This document shows, one piece after another, positions 9,503 through 18,122 of a stretch of DNA of 24,000 nucleotides. Position numbers and translations under genes: made by a program. The stretch comes from Methanosphaera sp. (GTDB lineage Archaea > Methanobacteriota > Methanobacteria > Methanobacteriales > Methanobacteriaceae): contig NZ_JALEKL010000012.1 of the NCBI RefSeq assembly GCF_022768985.1, forward strand, positions 35,479 through 59,478, written 5' to 3'. How positions within the stretch are numbered: the first letter of the stretch is position 1; each line of letters begins with the position of its first letter. Under the pieces are notes generated by a model. The model saw only the letters and a list, made by a program, of their open reading frames with translations. It was not told the origin of the DNA and did not search any database.

Positions 9503-11101
9503 ATGAGCTTTATAGAAGTTAAAAATGTTACAAAAAAATTTGACAATACAACAGTACTAGAAAACATAAATCTAGAAATAAATGAAGGAGAAGTACTGGG
9601 AATTCTTGGACGTAGTGGATCAGGAAAATCCGTACTTCTAAATATGCTTCGTGGAATTGATGAATATGCACCAGATGAAGGAGAAGTAATAATACACGTT
9701 GCATACTGTCCTGAATGTGACTACATGGATTCACCATCACACATAGGAAATACATGTTCATGTGGACATAAATTCGAAGAAAAAGAAATAAACCTCTACA
9801 ACACATCAAAAAAAGAATTTGCATCTGTAAAAAGAAGAATTTCAATCATGCTTCAGAGAACATTTGCACTCTATGAAGAAGAAACAGTTCTTGAAAACAT
9901 CATGAGATCATTTGAAGATCAAAGAAATGAAGATAACATAAACAAAGCAATAAGTCTTCTAAAAATGACACACATGGAACACAGAATCACACACATTGCA
10001 CGTGATTTAAGTGGAGGAGAAAAACAGAGAATTGTACTTGCACGTCAACTTGCAAAAAATCCAATGCTATTTCTTGCTGATGAACCAACAGGAACACTTG
10101 ACCCAAAAACAGCACGTCTACTTCACAATGCACTTCTTAGTGGTGTAAAAGAAAAAGAAATTACAATGGTAATAAACTCACACTGGCCTGATGTAATAGA
10201 AGATCTATCAGACCGTGTAATCTGGCTTGAAGCAGGAAAAATTAAACAAGAAGGAGAACCTGCACCAATAGTTGAAGAATTTAAAAAAGAAATTCCACAA
10301 GTTAAAAAACATGAACAAGTAGAAGTTGGAGATCCAATAATTGAAATGGAAGACCTTAAAAAATACTACTTCTCAGTATCACGTGGAGTTGTAAAATCAG
10401 TAGATGGTGTAACACTCAAAATTAATGAAGGAGAAATTGCAAGTATAGTAGGTCTTAGTGGAGCAGGAAAAACCACACTATCAAAACTTATTGCAGGACT
10501 CATCGAACCTAGTGAAGGAGAAATAAAAGTAAGAATTGGTGATGAATGGATCGACATGTCAAAAGTTGGACTTGCACACAGAGGACGTGCAACAAAACAT
10601 ATCGGACTACTACACCAGGACTTCAGCCTATATCCATATAAAACAATTCTTGGAAACTTAACTGAAGCAATAAACCTTGACTTACCAGCTGAATTTGCAA
10701 AAATGAAATCAATACATGTACTTACAGCTGTAGGATTTACAGAAGAAGAAGCAGCATCACTCCTTGAAAAATACCCAGATCAGATGAGTGGAGGAGAAAA
10801 ACACAGAGTAGCAATTGCACAAGTTCTCATAAAAGAGCCAAGAATTGTAATTCTTGATGAACCTACAGGTACAATGGATCCTATCACAAGACGTGATGTA
10901 ACAGAATCCATACTTAATGCACGTGAAGAACTTGACCAAACATTTGTAATTATATCACACGATATGGACTTTGTACTTGAATGTTGTGATTCAGCAGCAC
11001 TTATGCGTGATGGAAAACTACTAGATCAAGGAAATCCTGAATCAATAGTAGAACAATTAACATCACAAGAACGTACAAAAATGTTCAAAAATGATTTCTA
11101 G
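9503..11101 (+). CDS. atwA: Methyl-coenzyme M reductase system component A2 (tandem ABC ATPase)
   Basis: There are two ABC nucleotide-binding domains. The first has GRSGSGKS / LSGGEKQR / LFLADEPT and the second has GLSGAGKT / MSGGEKHR / IVILDEPT. There is no membrane domain, and a Cys-rich insert CPEC..CSCG sits in domain 1. The product starting [13 protein letters not shown] is about 532 aa, close to the described A2 protein. The start at 9503 has GGGTG 8 nt upstream, whereas the track ORF begins at 9464. Confidence 0.8.
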   Translation: MSFIEVKNVTKKFDNTTVLENINLEINEGEVLGILGRSGSGKSVLLNMLRGIDEYAPDEGEVIIHVAYCPECDYMDSPSHIGNTCSCGHKFEEKEINLYNTSKKEFASVKRRISIMLQRTFALYEEETVLENIMRSFEDQRNEDNINKAISLLKMTHMEHRITHIARDLSGGEKQRIVLARQLAKNPMLFLADEPTGTLDPKTARLLHNALLSGVKEKEITMVINSHWPDVIEDLSDRVIWLEAGKIKQEGEPAPIVEEFKKEIPQVKKHEQVEVGDPIIEMEDLKKYYFSVSRGVVKSVDGVTLKINEGEIASIVGLSGAGKTTLSKLIAGLIEPSEGEIKVRIGDEWIDMSKVGLAHRGRATKHIGLLHQDFSLYPYKTILGNLTEAINLDLPAEFAKMKSIHVLTAVGFTEEEAASLLEKYPDQMSGGEKHRVAIAQVLIKEPRIVILDEPTGTMDPITRRDVTESILNAREELDQTFVIISHDMDFVLECCDSAALMRDGKLLDQGNPESIVEQLTSQERTKMFKNDF

Positions 11102-11128
11102 ATAAAAAAAATAATGTACACAGAATTA

Positions 11129-11159
11129 TATTGGAAGATAATTTATATATTTTCCAATA
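11129..11159 (+). terminator. Hairpin (8-bp stem TATTGGAA/TTCCAATA, 15-nt loop) in the convergent atwA/cofH spacer
   Basis: Perfect inverted repeat at 11129-11136 and 11152-11159, followed by a T6 run at about 11196. A terminator function is inferred only. Confidence 0.25.
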
Positions 11160-11295
11160 CTCCTTAAACTCCCATTTATTTATAAAAATAACTTCTCTTT
11201 TTTAATAAATCACATTATAGTAAAATTACAATAAATAACTTAAAAATAGGTTTTTTACAAAAAAAAATAGAATAAAAAAAAAGTTTTAAAGGTGG

Positions 11296-12360
11296 TTAAA
11301 TATATTCATACTTTGTTGTTCTTTGTTGTGGAATACGTCCTATATCTTCAATTAATGTTTTTATACGACTTACAGGTAGATATCCACCATATCCTCCACC
11401 TGCTGCTGTTGAAATTTTATCTTCAATCATAGTTCCACCAATATCATTAGCACCACAATTTAGTGCTACTTGTGTCATTCTAAGTCCAAGTTTTACCCAT
11501 GAAACTTGTATATTTTCAATAACATCAGATAATATAATTCTTGATATTGCATGAAGTTTTAAATCCTCAACTCCTGTTGCACCATTTGATATTTTACCTA
11601 GTTCATTGTTTTCTCCAAGAAATGTCATTGGTACAAATTCTGTAAATCCATGAGTTTCTTCCTGTATTTCTTTAAGAAGAAAGATATGATCTATACGATC
11701 CTGCCATGTTTCTATACTTCCATACATTAATGTTGATGTTGTAGGAATTCCAAGTTCATGTGCCTGTTTTACTACATCACACCACTGTTTTGTTGTTAAT
11801 TTATTTGGACAAATTTCATGACGTATTGAATCAACTAGTACTTCTGCTGATGCTCCTGTCATTGTATCCATACCAGCATCTTTAAGTTCAACTAGAGCTT
11901 CTTGTGTTGTGATTCCAGAATTAACTGATGCTTGATATACCTCAGCAGGTGATAATGCATGAAGACATATGTCATGTTCATCTTTTATCTGTTTTATAAG
12001 ATCACAGTAGTATTTAATATCCATATCTGGTGTTACTCCACCAAAAAGACAGATTTCTGTTGCTCCTATTGCCTCACCTTGGCTGATACTTTCTGAAATT
12101 TCCTCATTTGTCATTCTGTATTTTTCATTATCTCTAAATGAACAGAATTTACATCCTATCATACAATGATCTGTAATGTCAATAGCCTTATTTACAACGT
12201 ATGTTACCTTATCTCCCACTATTGTCTCTCTTAGTTTATCTGCTGTATCATATAATTCAAATTGACTTGTTGATTTTATAAGATCTAATGCATCTTTTTT
12301 TGTTATCTCATTGTTTAAAGATTTTTCATAAATACTTTCAAGCATATTAACATTTCCCAT
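11296..12360 (-). CDS. cofH: CofH/MqnC-family radical SAM enzyme, most likely FO (F420 chromophore) synthase subunit CofH
   Basis: Radical SAM motif CMIGCKFCSF (Cx3Cx2C). Family-typical blocks are HALSPAEV, CPNKLTT..W, GIPTTSTLMYGSIET, EIQEETHGFTEFVPMTF and NIQVSWVKLG..ALNCGANDIGGT. An alternative start at M6 (12345) has GGGAA upstream. Confidence 0.65.
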   Translation of the reverse strand: MGNVNMLESIYEKSLNNEITKKDALDLIKSTSQFELYDTADKLRETIVGDKVTYVVNKAIDITDHCMIGCKFCSFRDNEKYRMTNEEISESISQGEAIGATEICLFGGVTPDMDIKYYCDLIKQIKDEHDICLHALSPAEVYQASVNSGITTQEALVELKDAGMDTMTGASAEVLVDSIRHEICPNKLTTKQWCDVVKQAHELGIPTTSTLMYGSIETWQDRIDHIFLLKEIQEETHGFTEFVPMTFLGENNELGKISNGATGVEDLKLHAISRIILSDVIENIQVSWVKLGLRMTQVALNCGANDIGGTMIEDKISTAAGGGYGGYLPVSRIKTLIEDIGRIPQQRTTKYEYI

Positions 12361-12546
12361 TTTTTTACAATTATTTTATTTATTTTTGAAAATATTTTCT
12401 AAAAAATGAAATATTTTCACTCCACCTTTATTTTTCTTATATTAATATTTTTCAAAGTAATATAATATAAAATTATTATTAAATATGACATTTATTATTA
12501 AAAGTAGGTATTTTTACTAATTATTTTATTGTCAATAAATTTTATC

Positions 12547-12575
12547 AAAAAAAATAGTTTTTCATTAAGGGTGGT
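12547..12575 (-). terminator. Oligo-T signals downstream of orf90
   Basis: The minus strand has a T5 and then a T8 run (A8 at 12547-12554 on the plus strand) within 65 nt after the orf90 stop. Confidence 0.35.
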
Positions 12576-12609
12576 TAAAAAGGAAAGTAGAAATAAGTTT
12601 TAAATAAAC

Positions 12610-12882
12610 TTATTCTGGAAGCATAATTTTCCAAAGATAGTATACTTCTTCTACTTTATCTTGTTTTTTAGATCGTTTTTTGGATTTCTTTTTAAGAGTA
12701 GATTCTTCTCCCATCCAATCTTCAACATTGTTATCTAAATATTCTGCAATTTCTTCATCATAATAACGTGTACCTATTGTATAACATTCAGGTTCGTTAC
12801 GAATGTAGATGATTCCGCCACCTTTTTCTTCCATGATATCAGTAATTTTTAGTAAGATATCGAAATATTCTTTTGCTACCAT
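12610..12882 (-). CDS. Hypothetical small protein (90 aa), acidic N-terminal part plus Lys/Ser-rich basic tract
   Basis: Good SD (AGGGAGA about 11 nt upstream of the ATG), TATA-like tracts upstream and T-runs downstream. I recognise no family. Confidence 0.45.
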   Translation of the reverse strand: MVAKEYFDILLKITDIMEEKGGGIIYIRNEPECYTIGTRYYDEEIAEYLDNNVEDWMGEESTLKKKSKKRSKKQDKVEEVYYLWKIMLPE

Positions 12883-12986
12883 TATCTAAGAATCTCCCTT
12901 AAGTTTAATCATAAAATAAATATTATATTAATCTTTGTTTTATATACTATATTAATATTATTATAAAATATAATCTTATCTTTTAT

Positions 12987-13436
12987 TTAAAGATCACATT
13001 CATCAAAATATTTTTCATTAAAATGTGTATTTTTTATCTTTTTAATTATTTTACATGAACTATCAAGCTCAAATTCCTTATATGAATCTATTTTAACAGC
13101 TTTAACATCAATACCAATAGATTTTAATTGTGCTTCTAAGTTTTCAGGATTAAACTTCTGATCAGGACCTATTGCTATAATGTCAGGTTTTTGTTCTTTA
13201 ACAATTTTAAATGGATCATCCTCATCTCCAATAAATGCTTCATCAACACAGCCAAATGCATTTACCATTTCACAACGCTGTTTTTCACCAATTACTGGGA
13301 CTTTCTTATGTTCTTTTACTGTTTTATCAGTTGCAATTACAACAACTAGATGTGCATCTGCACCTCCAAGCTTTCTTGCCTCATTAAGATAGAATAGATG
13401 TCCAGGATGAAGTATGTCAAATGTTCCTGTAGCCAT
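12987..13436 (-). CDS. ribL: Archaeal FAD synthase (FMN adenylyltransferase) RibL, cytidylyltransferase-like fold
   Basis: The motifs GTFDILHPGH near the N-terminus, EKQRCEMV..VDEA and KPDIIAIGPDQ follow the pattern of characterised M. jannaschii RibL. It lies 38 nt downstream of hisA. Confidence 0.8.
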   Translation of the reverse strand: MATGTFDILHPGHLFYLNEARKLGGADAHLVVVIATDKTVKEHKKVPVIGEKQRCEMVNAFGCVDEAFIGDEDDPFKIVKEQKPDIIAIGPDQKFNPENLEAQLKSIGIDVKAVKIDSYKEFELDSSCKIIKKIKNTHFNEKYFDECDL

Positions 13437-13474
13437 TACTTTAATTTTAACTACCTCCCCAATTTTAGATATTT

Positions 13475-14188
13475 TTAGTCCTGGTATTTTAATGCTTCTT
13501 TAAAGTCTATTAATCCCTTATAGAGTGCTGATCCTATTACAACATAGTCAGTGTTTATATCACGTAGTACTTTAAGATCATCAACTGATGTTATTCCACC
13601 AGAATAAATTATTGGTATTTCTGATTTTTCAATTAATTCTTCTGCTATACTAAGATCAATTCCACCAAGTAATCCTTCAACATCCACATTTGTAAATAAT
13701 ATACTACCTGCACCTTTTTGTTGGAAGATCTGTGTATATTCTAGTGGTGTTTTATCTGTTGATTTCTGCCATCCATGTGTTAATACTCGATTATCTTTAC
13801 TATCAAGTGATATACAAATTTGATCTGGTGTGTATTTATCAGTTAGTGAATCTAGAATATCAGGATTTTCAACTGCCATTGTTCCAATAATTACAGTATC
13901 AACACCCATATCTAATAGTTTCTGTGCATATTCAATTGAACGTATACCTCCACCCATTTGAACTGGAACAGTTGTTTTTTCAACAATTTCCTTAATTATT
14001 TCAAGATTCACTCCACTTTCAAGTGCTCCATCAAGATCTACAATATGTAATCTTTTTGCTCCCATCTTCTCCCATTTTAGTGCAACTTCTACGGGATCAT
14101 CAATTACTACCTGTTCTGTTCCAGGCTTTCCTTGTACTAGTTGAACACATTTTCCATCTTTAATATCTACAGCAGGTATTATAATCAT
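13475..14188 (-). CDS. hisA: ProFAR isomerase HisA (histidine biosynthesis)
   Basis: Carries IIPAVDIKDGKCVQLVQGKPG, LHIVDLDGA and GGGIRS with a (beta/alpha)8 repeat pattern. GGAGG SD lies 8 nt upstream. Confidence 0.9.
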   Translation of the reverse strand: MIIIPAVDIKDGKCVQLVQGKPGTEQVVIDDPVEVALKWEKMGAKRLHIVDLDGALESGVNLEIIKEIVEKTTVPVQMGGGIRSIEYAQKLLDMGVDTVIIGTMAVENPDILDSLTDKYTPDQICISLDSKDNRVLTHGWQKSTDKTPLEYTQIFQQKGAGSILFTNVDVEGLLGGIDLSIAEELIEKSEIPIIYSGGITSVDDLKVLRDINTDYVVIGSALYKGLIDFKEALKYQD

Positions 14189-14363
14189 TATATATCCTCC
14201 AAATTAATTTTCTTATTATTACTTGAATTATTAGTTTAAAATTTTTTATTTCTTTTTACTATAATTTAAATTCTTAAATTAATACTATATTATGATTTAG
14301 ATTTTCTTAATAATAAATTATGTAAAAAAAATTATTACTACTAAATTATAAATTTATAATATA

Positions 14364-15230
14364 ATGAGACGAGTAGCATTAAAAATAGCATATATTGGTT
14401 CTAAATTTCATGGATATCAAAGACAGCCAGATTATCGTACTGTTGAAGGTGAACTTCTCAAAGTATTTAAGGAAACTGGCATTATTGAAGATACATGGAA
14501 GGCACATTATTCAGTAGCAGGACGTACAGATAAGGGAGTTCATTCAACTGCAAATGTAATATCATTTATTACAGATGAAGAAATTTATATAAATAAACTT
14601 AATGGACTTCTTCCTGATGATATTAAGATAGTTGCAGAAGCACGTGTACCATACTCATTTAAGGTACGTTTTCCACAAACACGTACATACACCTATATTC
14701 AGCCCATAGATCCATTCTATGGTGAAAGTATTGATATTGATGCAATGCGTGAGGCAATAAATTTATTTATAGGTGAGCATAATTTCCGTAATTTTTCAAA
14801 ACGTAATGAGAAAAATCCAAACCGTGAAATTACACATGTTGACCTTAAATGTGTAGATGATGTACTTGTATTTACAATTGAAGGTAAAAGCTTCCTATGG
14901 AATATGGTACGTAAGATGGTAAAAGCATTACTTCATGTTGGATATCATGAACTTACAGTTGATGATATAGAAGAACTTCTACAGCCTAAGGAGTTACGTC
15001 AGTATATACGTCTTCAACCTGCAGCTGCATGTGGACTTATTCTTAGTGATATTAACTATAAAAATATTAAATTTAAGGAATCACAGTATGCAAAAGATAA
15101 ACTTGCAGGATATCTTAAAGAGGAATATCTTACAAACAGACAAAAGATGATAACAGATAAACACTTAATTGAAATACTAAAAAGTGACAATGAACCATTA
15201 ACAACCACAAATAAAAAGATAAAAGGGTAA
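14364..15230 (+). CDS. truA: tRNA pseudouridine(38-40) synthase TruA
   Basis: Carries RVALKIAYIGSKFHGYQRQP and the catalytic AGRTDKGVHS motif. Confidence 0.9.
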   Translation: MRRVALKIAYIGSKFHGYQRQPDYRTVEGELLKVFKETGIIEDTWKAHYSVAGRTDKGVHSTANVISFITDEEIYINKLNGLLPDDIKIVAEARVPYSFKVRFPQTRTYTYIQPIDPFYGESIDIDAMREAINLFIGEHNFRNFSKRNEKNPNREITHVDLKCVDDVLVFTIEGKSFLWNMVRKMVKALLHVGYHELTVDDIEELLQPKELRQYIRLQPAAACGLILSDINYKNIKFKESQYAKDKLAGYLKEEYLTNRQKMITDKHLIEILKSDNEPLTTTNKKIKG

Positions 15231-15235
15231 TAATT

Positions 15236-16546
15236 ATGAAAATAGCAATAGTTCTTGGGACAAGACCTGAAATTATAAAGATGTCACCAGTAATTGATGA
15301 AATTCAAGAAAATAATACAGACTTTATAATAATACATACAGGACAACATTATGATTCAAAGATGTCTGATCAGTTCTTTATTGATCTTGATCTTCCAAAG
15401 CCTGACTATAACATTGGAATAGGATCAAATACTGCAATAGAACAGATAAGTACTATTATATCAAAACTTGAAGAAATACTAACAGATGAAGGTGTTGATA
15501 TTGTACTTGTACAGGGTGATACTAATGCTGTTGCAGCAGGTGCTATTGCTGCAAATAAACTTAAAATACCAGTAGGTCATATTGAAGCAGGACTTAGATC
15601 TTATGATAAAAATATGCCAGAGGAAATTAACAGATTAATTGCTGATAGTTGTTCTGCACTTTATTTTGTACCAACTGATAAAACAGCAATTAACCTTGTA
15701 AATGAGGGAGTAGATCATAAAAATATCTATATTACAGGAAATACAATTGTTGATGCATGTAAACGTAACATTGACATTGCAAAAGAAAAAAGCACAATCC
15801 TTGATGATGTAATATTTGATGAATATATCACACTTACTCTTCACAGAGCTGAAAATGTAGATGATCCTAATCGTCTTGCAAACATCATAAATAGTCTTAT
15901 AAATCTCAGATATAATATTGTTCTTCCTCTTCATCCACATACAAGAAAATCACTTGATGCAATTAATTTATATGATGAACTTGCAAGTTGTGAACATATC
16001 CAGATAATGGAACCTCTTGGATATCTTGATTTTCTTGCATTAATATCAAATACTAAGCTTATACTTACAGATTCAGGTGGTCTTCAAGAAGAGGCAATAA
16101 CTCTTGACATTCCATGTGTTACACTACGATATAATACAGAACGTCCTGAAACTATTGATGCTGGTGGAAATATTCTAGCAGGAACAAATTCAACTGAAAT
16201 AACAAATAATATTCAAAATATCTTAGATAATAGTGATGTATATGCTAAAATGGCAGGTGCAATAAATCCATATGGTGATGGTACATCTGCTGAAAAAATA
16301 TATAATATTATAAAAGAGCATTATGATCTTAATAGTCTTAAAATAGAAGCAGCAAGTGAGGTTGTTGACTTTGAAGGATATGAACTTATAAGTATTAATG
16401 ATGATATCACAACCTCTGAATTTGAGGATTTATATCCTGGATGTATAATTCAGCAGGTATTTAGTGGTTCAAAACAAGTATATCTTGGTGTTGATGATAA
16501 CTTAAATGGTATGAATGTTATTGTTAAGAAATTTAAGATAAATTAA
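15236..16546 (+). CDS. wecB: UDP-N-acetylglucosamine 2-epimerase (non-hydrolysing, WecB family) with ~70-aa C-terminal extension
   Basis: Family blocks are LGTRPEIIKMSPV, HTGQHYD, VQGDTN, HIEAGLRS, TDSGGLQEEA and NPYGDG. The family core ends near aa 363, but the ORF continues to aa 436. The start lies 5 nt after the truA stop. Confidence 0.85.
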   Translation: MKIAIVLGTRPEIIKMSPVIDEIQENNTDFIIIHTGQHYDSKMSDQFFIDLDLPKPDYNIGIGSNTAIEQISTIISKLEEILTDEGVDIVLVQGDTNAVAAGAIAANKLKIPVGHIEAGLRSYDKNMPEEINRLIADSCSALYFVPTDKTAINLVNEGVDHKNIYITGNTIVDACKRNIDIAKEKSTILDDVIFDEYITLTLHRAENVDDPNRLANIINSLINLRYNIVLPLHPHTRKSLDAINLYDELASCEHIQIMEPLGYLDFLALISNTKLILTDSGGLQEEAITLDIPCVTLRYNTERPETIDAGGNILAGTNSTEITNNIQNILDNSDVYAKMAGAINPYGDGTSAEKIYNIIKEHYDLNSLKIEAASEVVDFEGYELISINDDITTSEFEDLYPGCIIQQVFSGSKQVYLGVDDNLNGMNVIVKKFKIN

Positions 16547-16555
16547 GATGATACA

Positions 16556-16591
16556 TTTTTATTTTTCTACTCTTTTTTTCTACTTTTTTTT
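16556..16591 (+). terminator. Oligo-T terminator cluster after wecB
   Basis: T5, T5, T7 and T8 runs begin 10 nt after the stop codon. Confidence 0.45.
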
Positions 16592-16722
16592 ATTATTCCT
16601 AAAAAATTAATGATAATATAAAATATTAGTATTTCTATATTTATATTATAAGAATCAAAAAATTATGGGAAAAATTAGTTATTTTTTGATATAAAAATTT
16701 TTATGGGGAACTGTTATATAAA

Positions 16723-18027
16723 ATGAATTTTAATACTCAAAAAGTTGCAATATTTGGTCTTGGACATATTGGTCTTCCTACAGCTGCAATACTTGCAAAT
16801 AATAAGATTAATGTTCTTGGTGTAGATGTTAATGAAGATACTGTTAATGCAATAAATCAATCAAAAGTTTGCTTTAAAGAACCTGGTGTTGAAGATTTAC
16901 TAAAATCTGCCATAAGTGATGGATATTTCAAGGCAACATGTGATCTTAGAGGGGCAGCAAGTGAATGTAATGTTATGATTATTATTGTTCCTACACCTGT
17001 TGATTGTGAATGTAATGCTGATTTATCATATGTTATATCTGCATGTGAGAGTATTAAAGATGGACTCAGCAAGGGCGATCTTGTTATTGTTGAAAGTACA
17101 GTTCCACCTGAAACTGGAATTAATGTTATAAAGCCTATACTTGAAGAGTCTGGTCTTATATGTGGTGAGGATTTCCTCCTAGCATATAGTCCTGAACGTG
17201 CACTTCCAAACAATACAATCTATGAAATGACACATAATGTACGTGTTGTTGGTGGATATAATAAGGAAAGTAGTGATGCTGCAGCAGAACTTTATAGTAA
17301 TATTACATGTGGTGATATTATTAAGGTTAAATCTATTACATCTGCTGAGATGATTAAGCTTATGGAAAATACTTATCGTGATGTTAATATTGCACTTAGT
17401 AATGAGTTTGCCATGATTTGTGAAAATATTGATGTTGATGCACAGGAAGTTATTTCTGCTGCAAATTATCATCCACGTGTAAATATTCATACACCAGGTG
17501 CTGGTGTTGGTGGTCATTGTATACCTGTTGATCCATACTTTTTAATTCAAACAGCACAAAAATATGGTACAAAAGCAAGTCTTATACAACAGGCACGTAA
17601 TATAAACAATATGATGCCACAACATGTTGTTGATATTGTTGAGCAATTTAAGGATAATGATAAGGACAACTTTACTGTTGCTATTTTAGGTGTGGCATAT
17701 AAGGGAAATGTTGATGATATACGAGAATCACCATCTATTGATTTAATAAAATTACTAAATGAAAAAGATAATATTACAACAGTTGCACATGACCCATACG
17801 TTGATAGTAGTATTATTGAATCATTTAATATAAAAGCTGTTGATTATGATGAAGCATTATCTGCGGATTGTGTAATTATTATGTGTGATCATGACATATA
17901 TCGTGATATTACACCATCTATGATAGAAAATAAGTTTCTTATATCAACAAAGCCTATTGTTGATGCTGATAAATTCCGCCAAAATGGTGTGAATTTCCAG
18001 GCAATAGGAAACATTAAAAAGGAGTAA
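16723..18027 (+). CDS. wecC: UDP-N-acetyl-D-mannosamine (nucleotide-sugar) 6-dehydrogenase, WecC family
   Basis: N-terminal Rossmann motif VAIFGLGHIGLP and catalytic Cys motif GVGGHCIPVDPYF. The 434-aa length is typical, and the gene follows wecB. Confidence 0.8.
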   Translation: MNFNTQKVAIFGLGHIGLPTAAILANNKINVLGVDVNEDTVNAINQSKVCFKEPGVEDLLKSAISDGYFKATCDLRGAASECNVMIIIVPTPVDCECNADLSYVISACESIKDGLSKGDLVIVESTVPPETGINVIKPILEESGLICGEDFLLAYSPERALPNNTIYEMTHNVRVVGGYNKESSDAAAELYSNITCGDIIKVKSITSAEMIKLMENTYRDVNIALSNEFAMICENIDVDAQEVISAANYHPRVNIHTPGAGVGGHCIPVDPYFLIQTAQKYGTKASLIQQARNINNMMPQHVVDIVEQFKDNDKDNFTVAILGVAYKGNVDDIRESPSIDLIKLLNEKDNITTVAHDPYVDSSIIESFNIKAVDYDEALSADCVIIMCDHDIYRDITPSMIENKFLISTKPIVDADKFRQNGVNFQAIGNIKKE

Positions 18028-18036
18028 AATCATTCC

Positions 18037-18080
18037 TTTTTTCTAAAATCAAATTCTTTTTTTTGAAATACTATTTTTTT
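18037..18080 (+). terminator. Oligo-T terminator cluster after wecC
   Basis: T6, T8 and T7 runs lie within 55 nt after the stop. Confidence 0.45.
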
Positions 18081-18122
18081 AACTTTGAATAAAATTTATT
18101 TTAGGAGTGTATTTATATTACT

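Noticed and set aside
11288-11302. Motif GGTGGTTAAA at the cofH stop, also present at about 12570 downstream of orf90. I considered it as a shared 3' element.
   Set aside because: It is only about 10 nt long and sits in different positions relative to the two stop codons. It is most simply coincidence.
16665-16694. Nine-codon upstream ORF (ATGGGAAAAATTAGTTATTTTTTGATATAA) in the wecC leader, plus the repeated AAAAATT(T)ATGGG motif.
   Set aside because: It has no SD, its length is tiny, and such ORFs arise readily by chance. I have no evidence it is translated.
16857-17517. Two minus-strand ORFs (118 aa and 112 aa) inside wecC. Similar antisense ORFs occur at 15635..15940 (wecB), 9528..9845 and 10366..10939 (atwA), 19612..19869 (ASKHA gene), 8112..8825 (CBS regulator), 7386..7601 and 6869..7084 (dys), 5844..6184 (pyrF), 3004..3210 and 3645..3860 (cbiO/cbiQ), 13180..13392 (ribL) and 21547..21795 (radical SAM gene).
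   Set aside because: All are fully embedded in, and antisense or out of frame to, genes with clear family motifs. None has an SD or recognisable domain.
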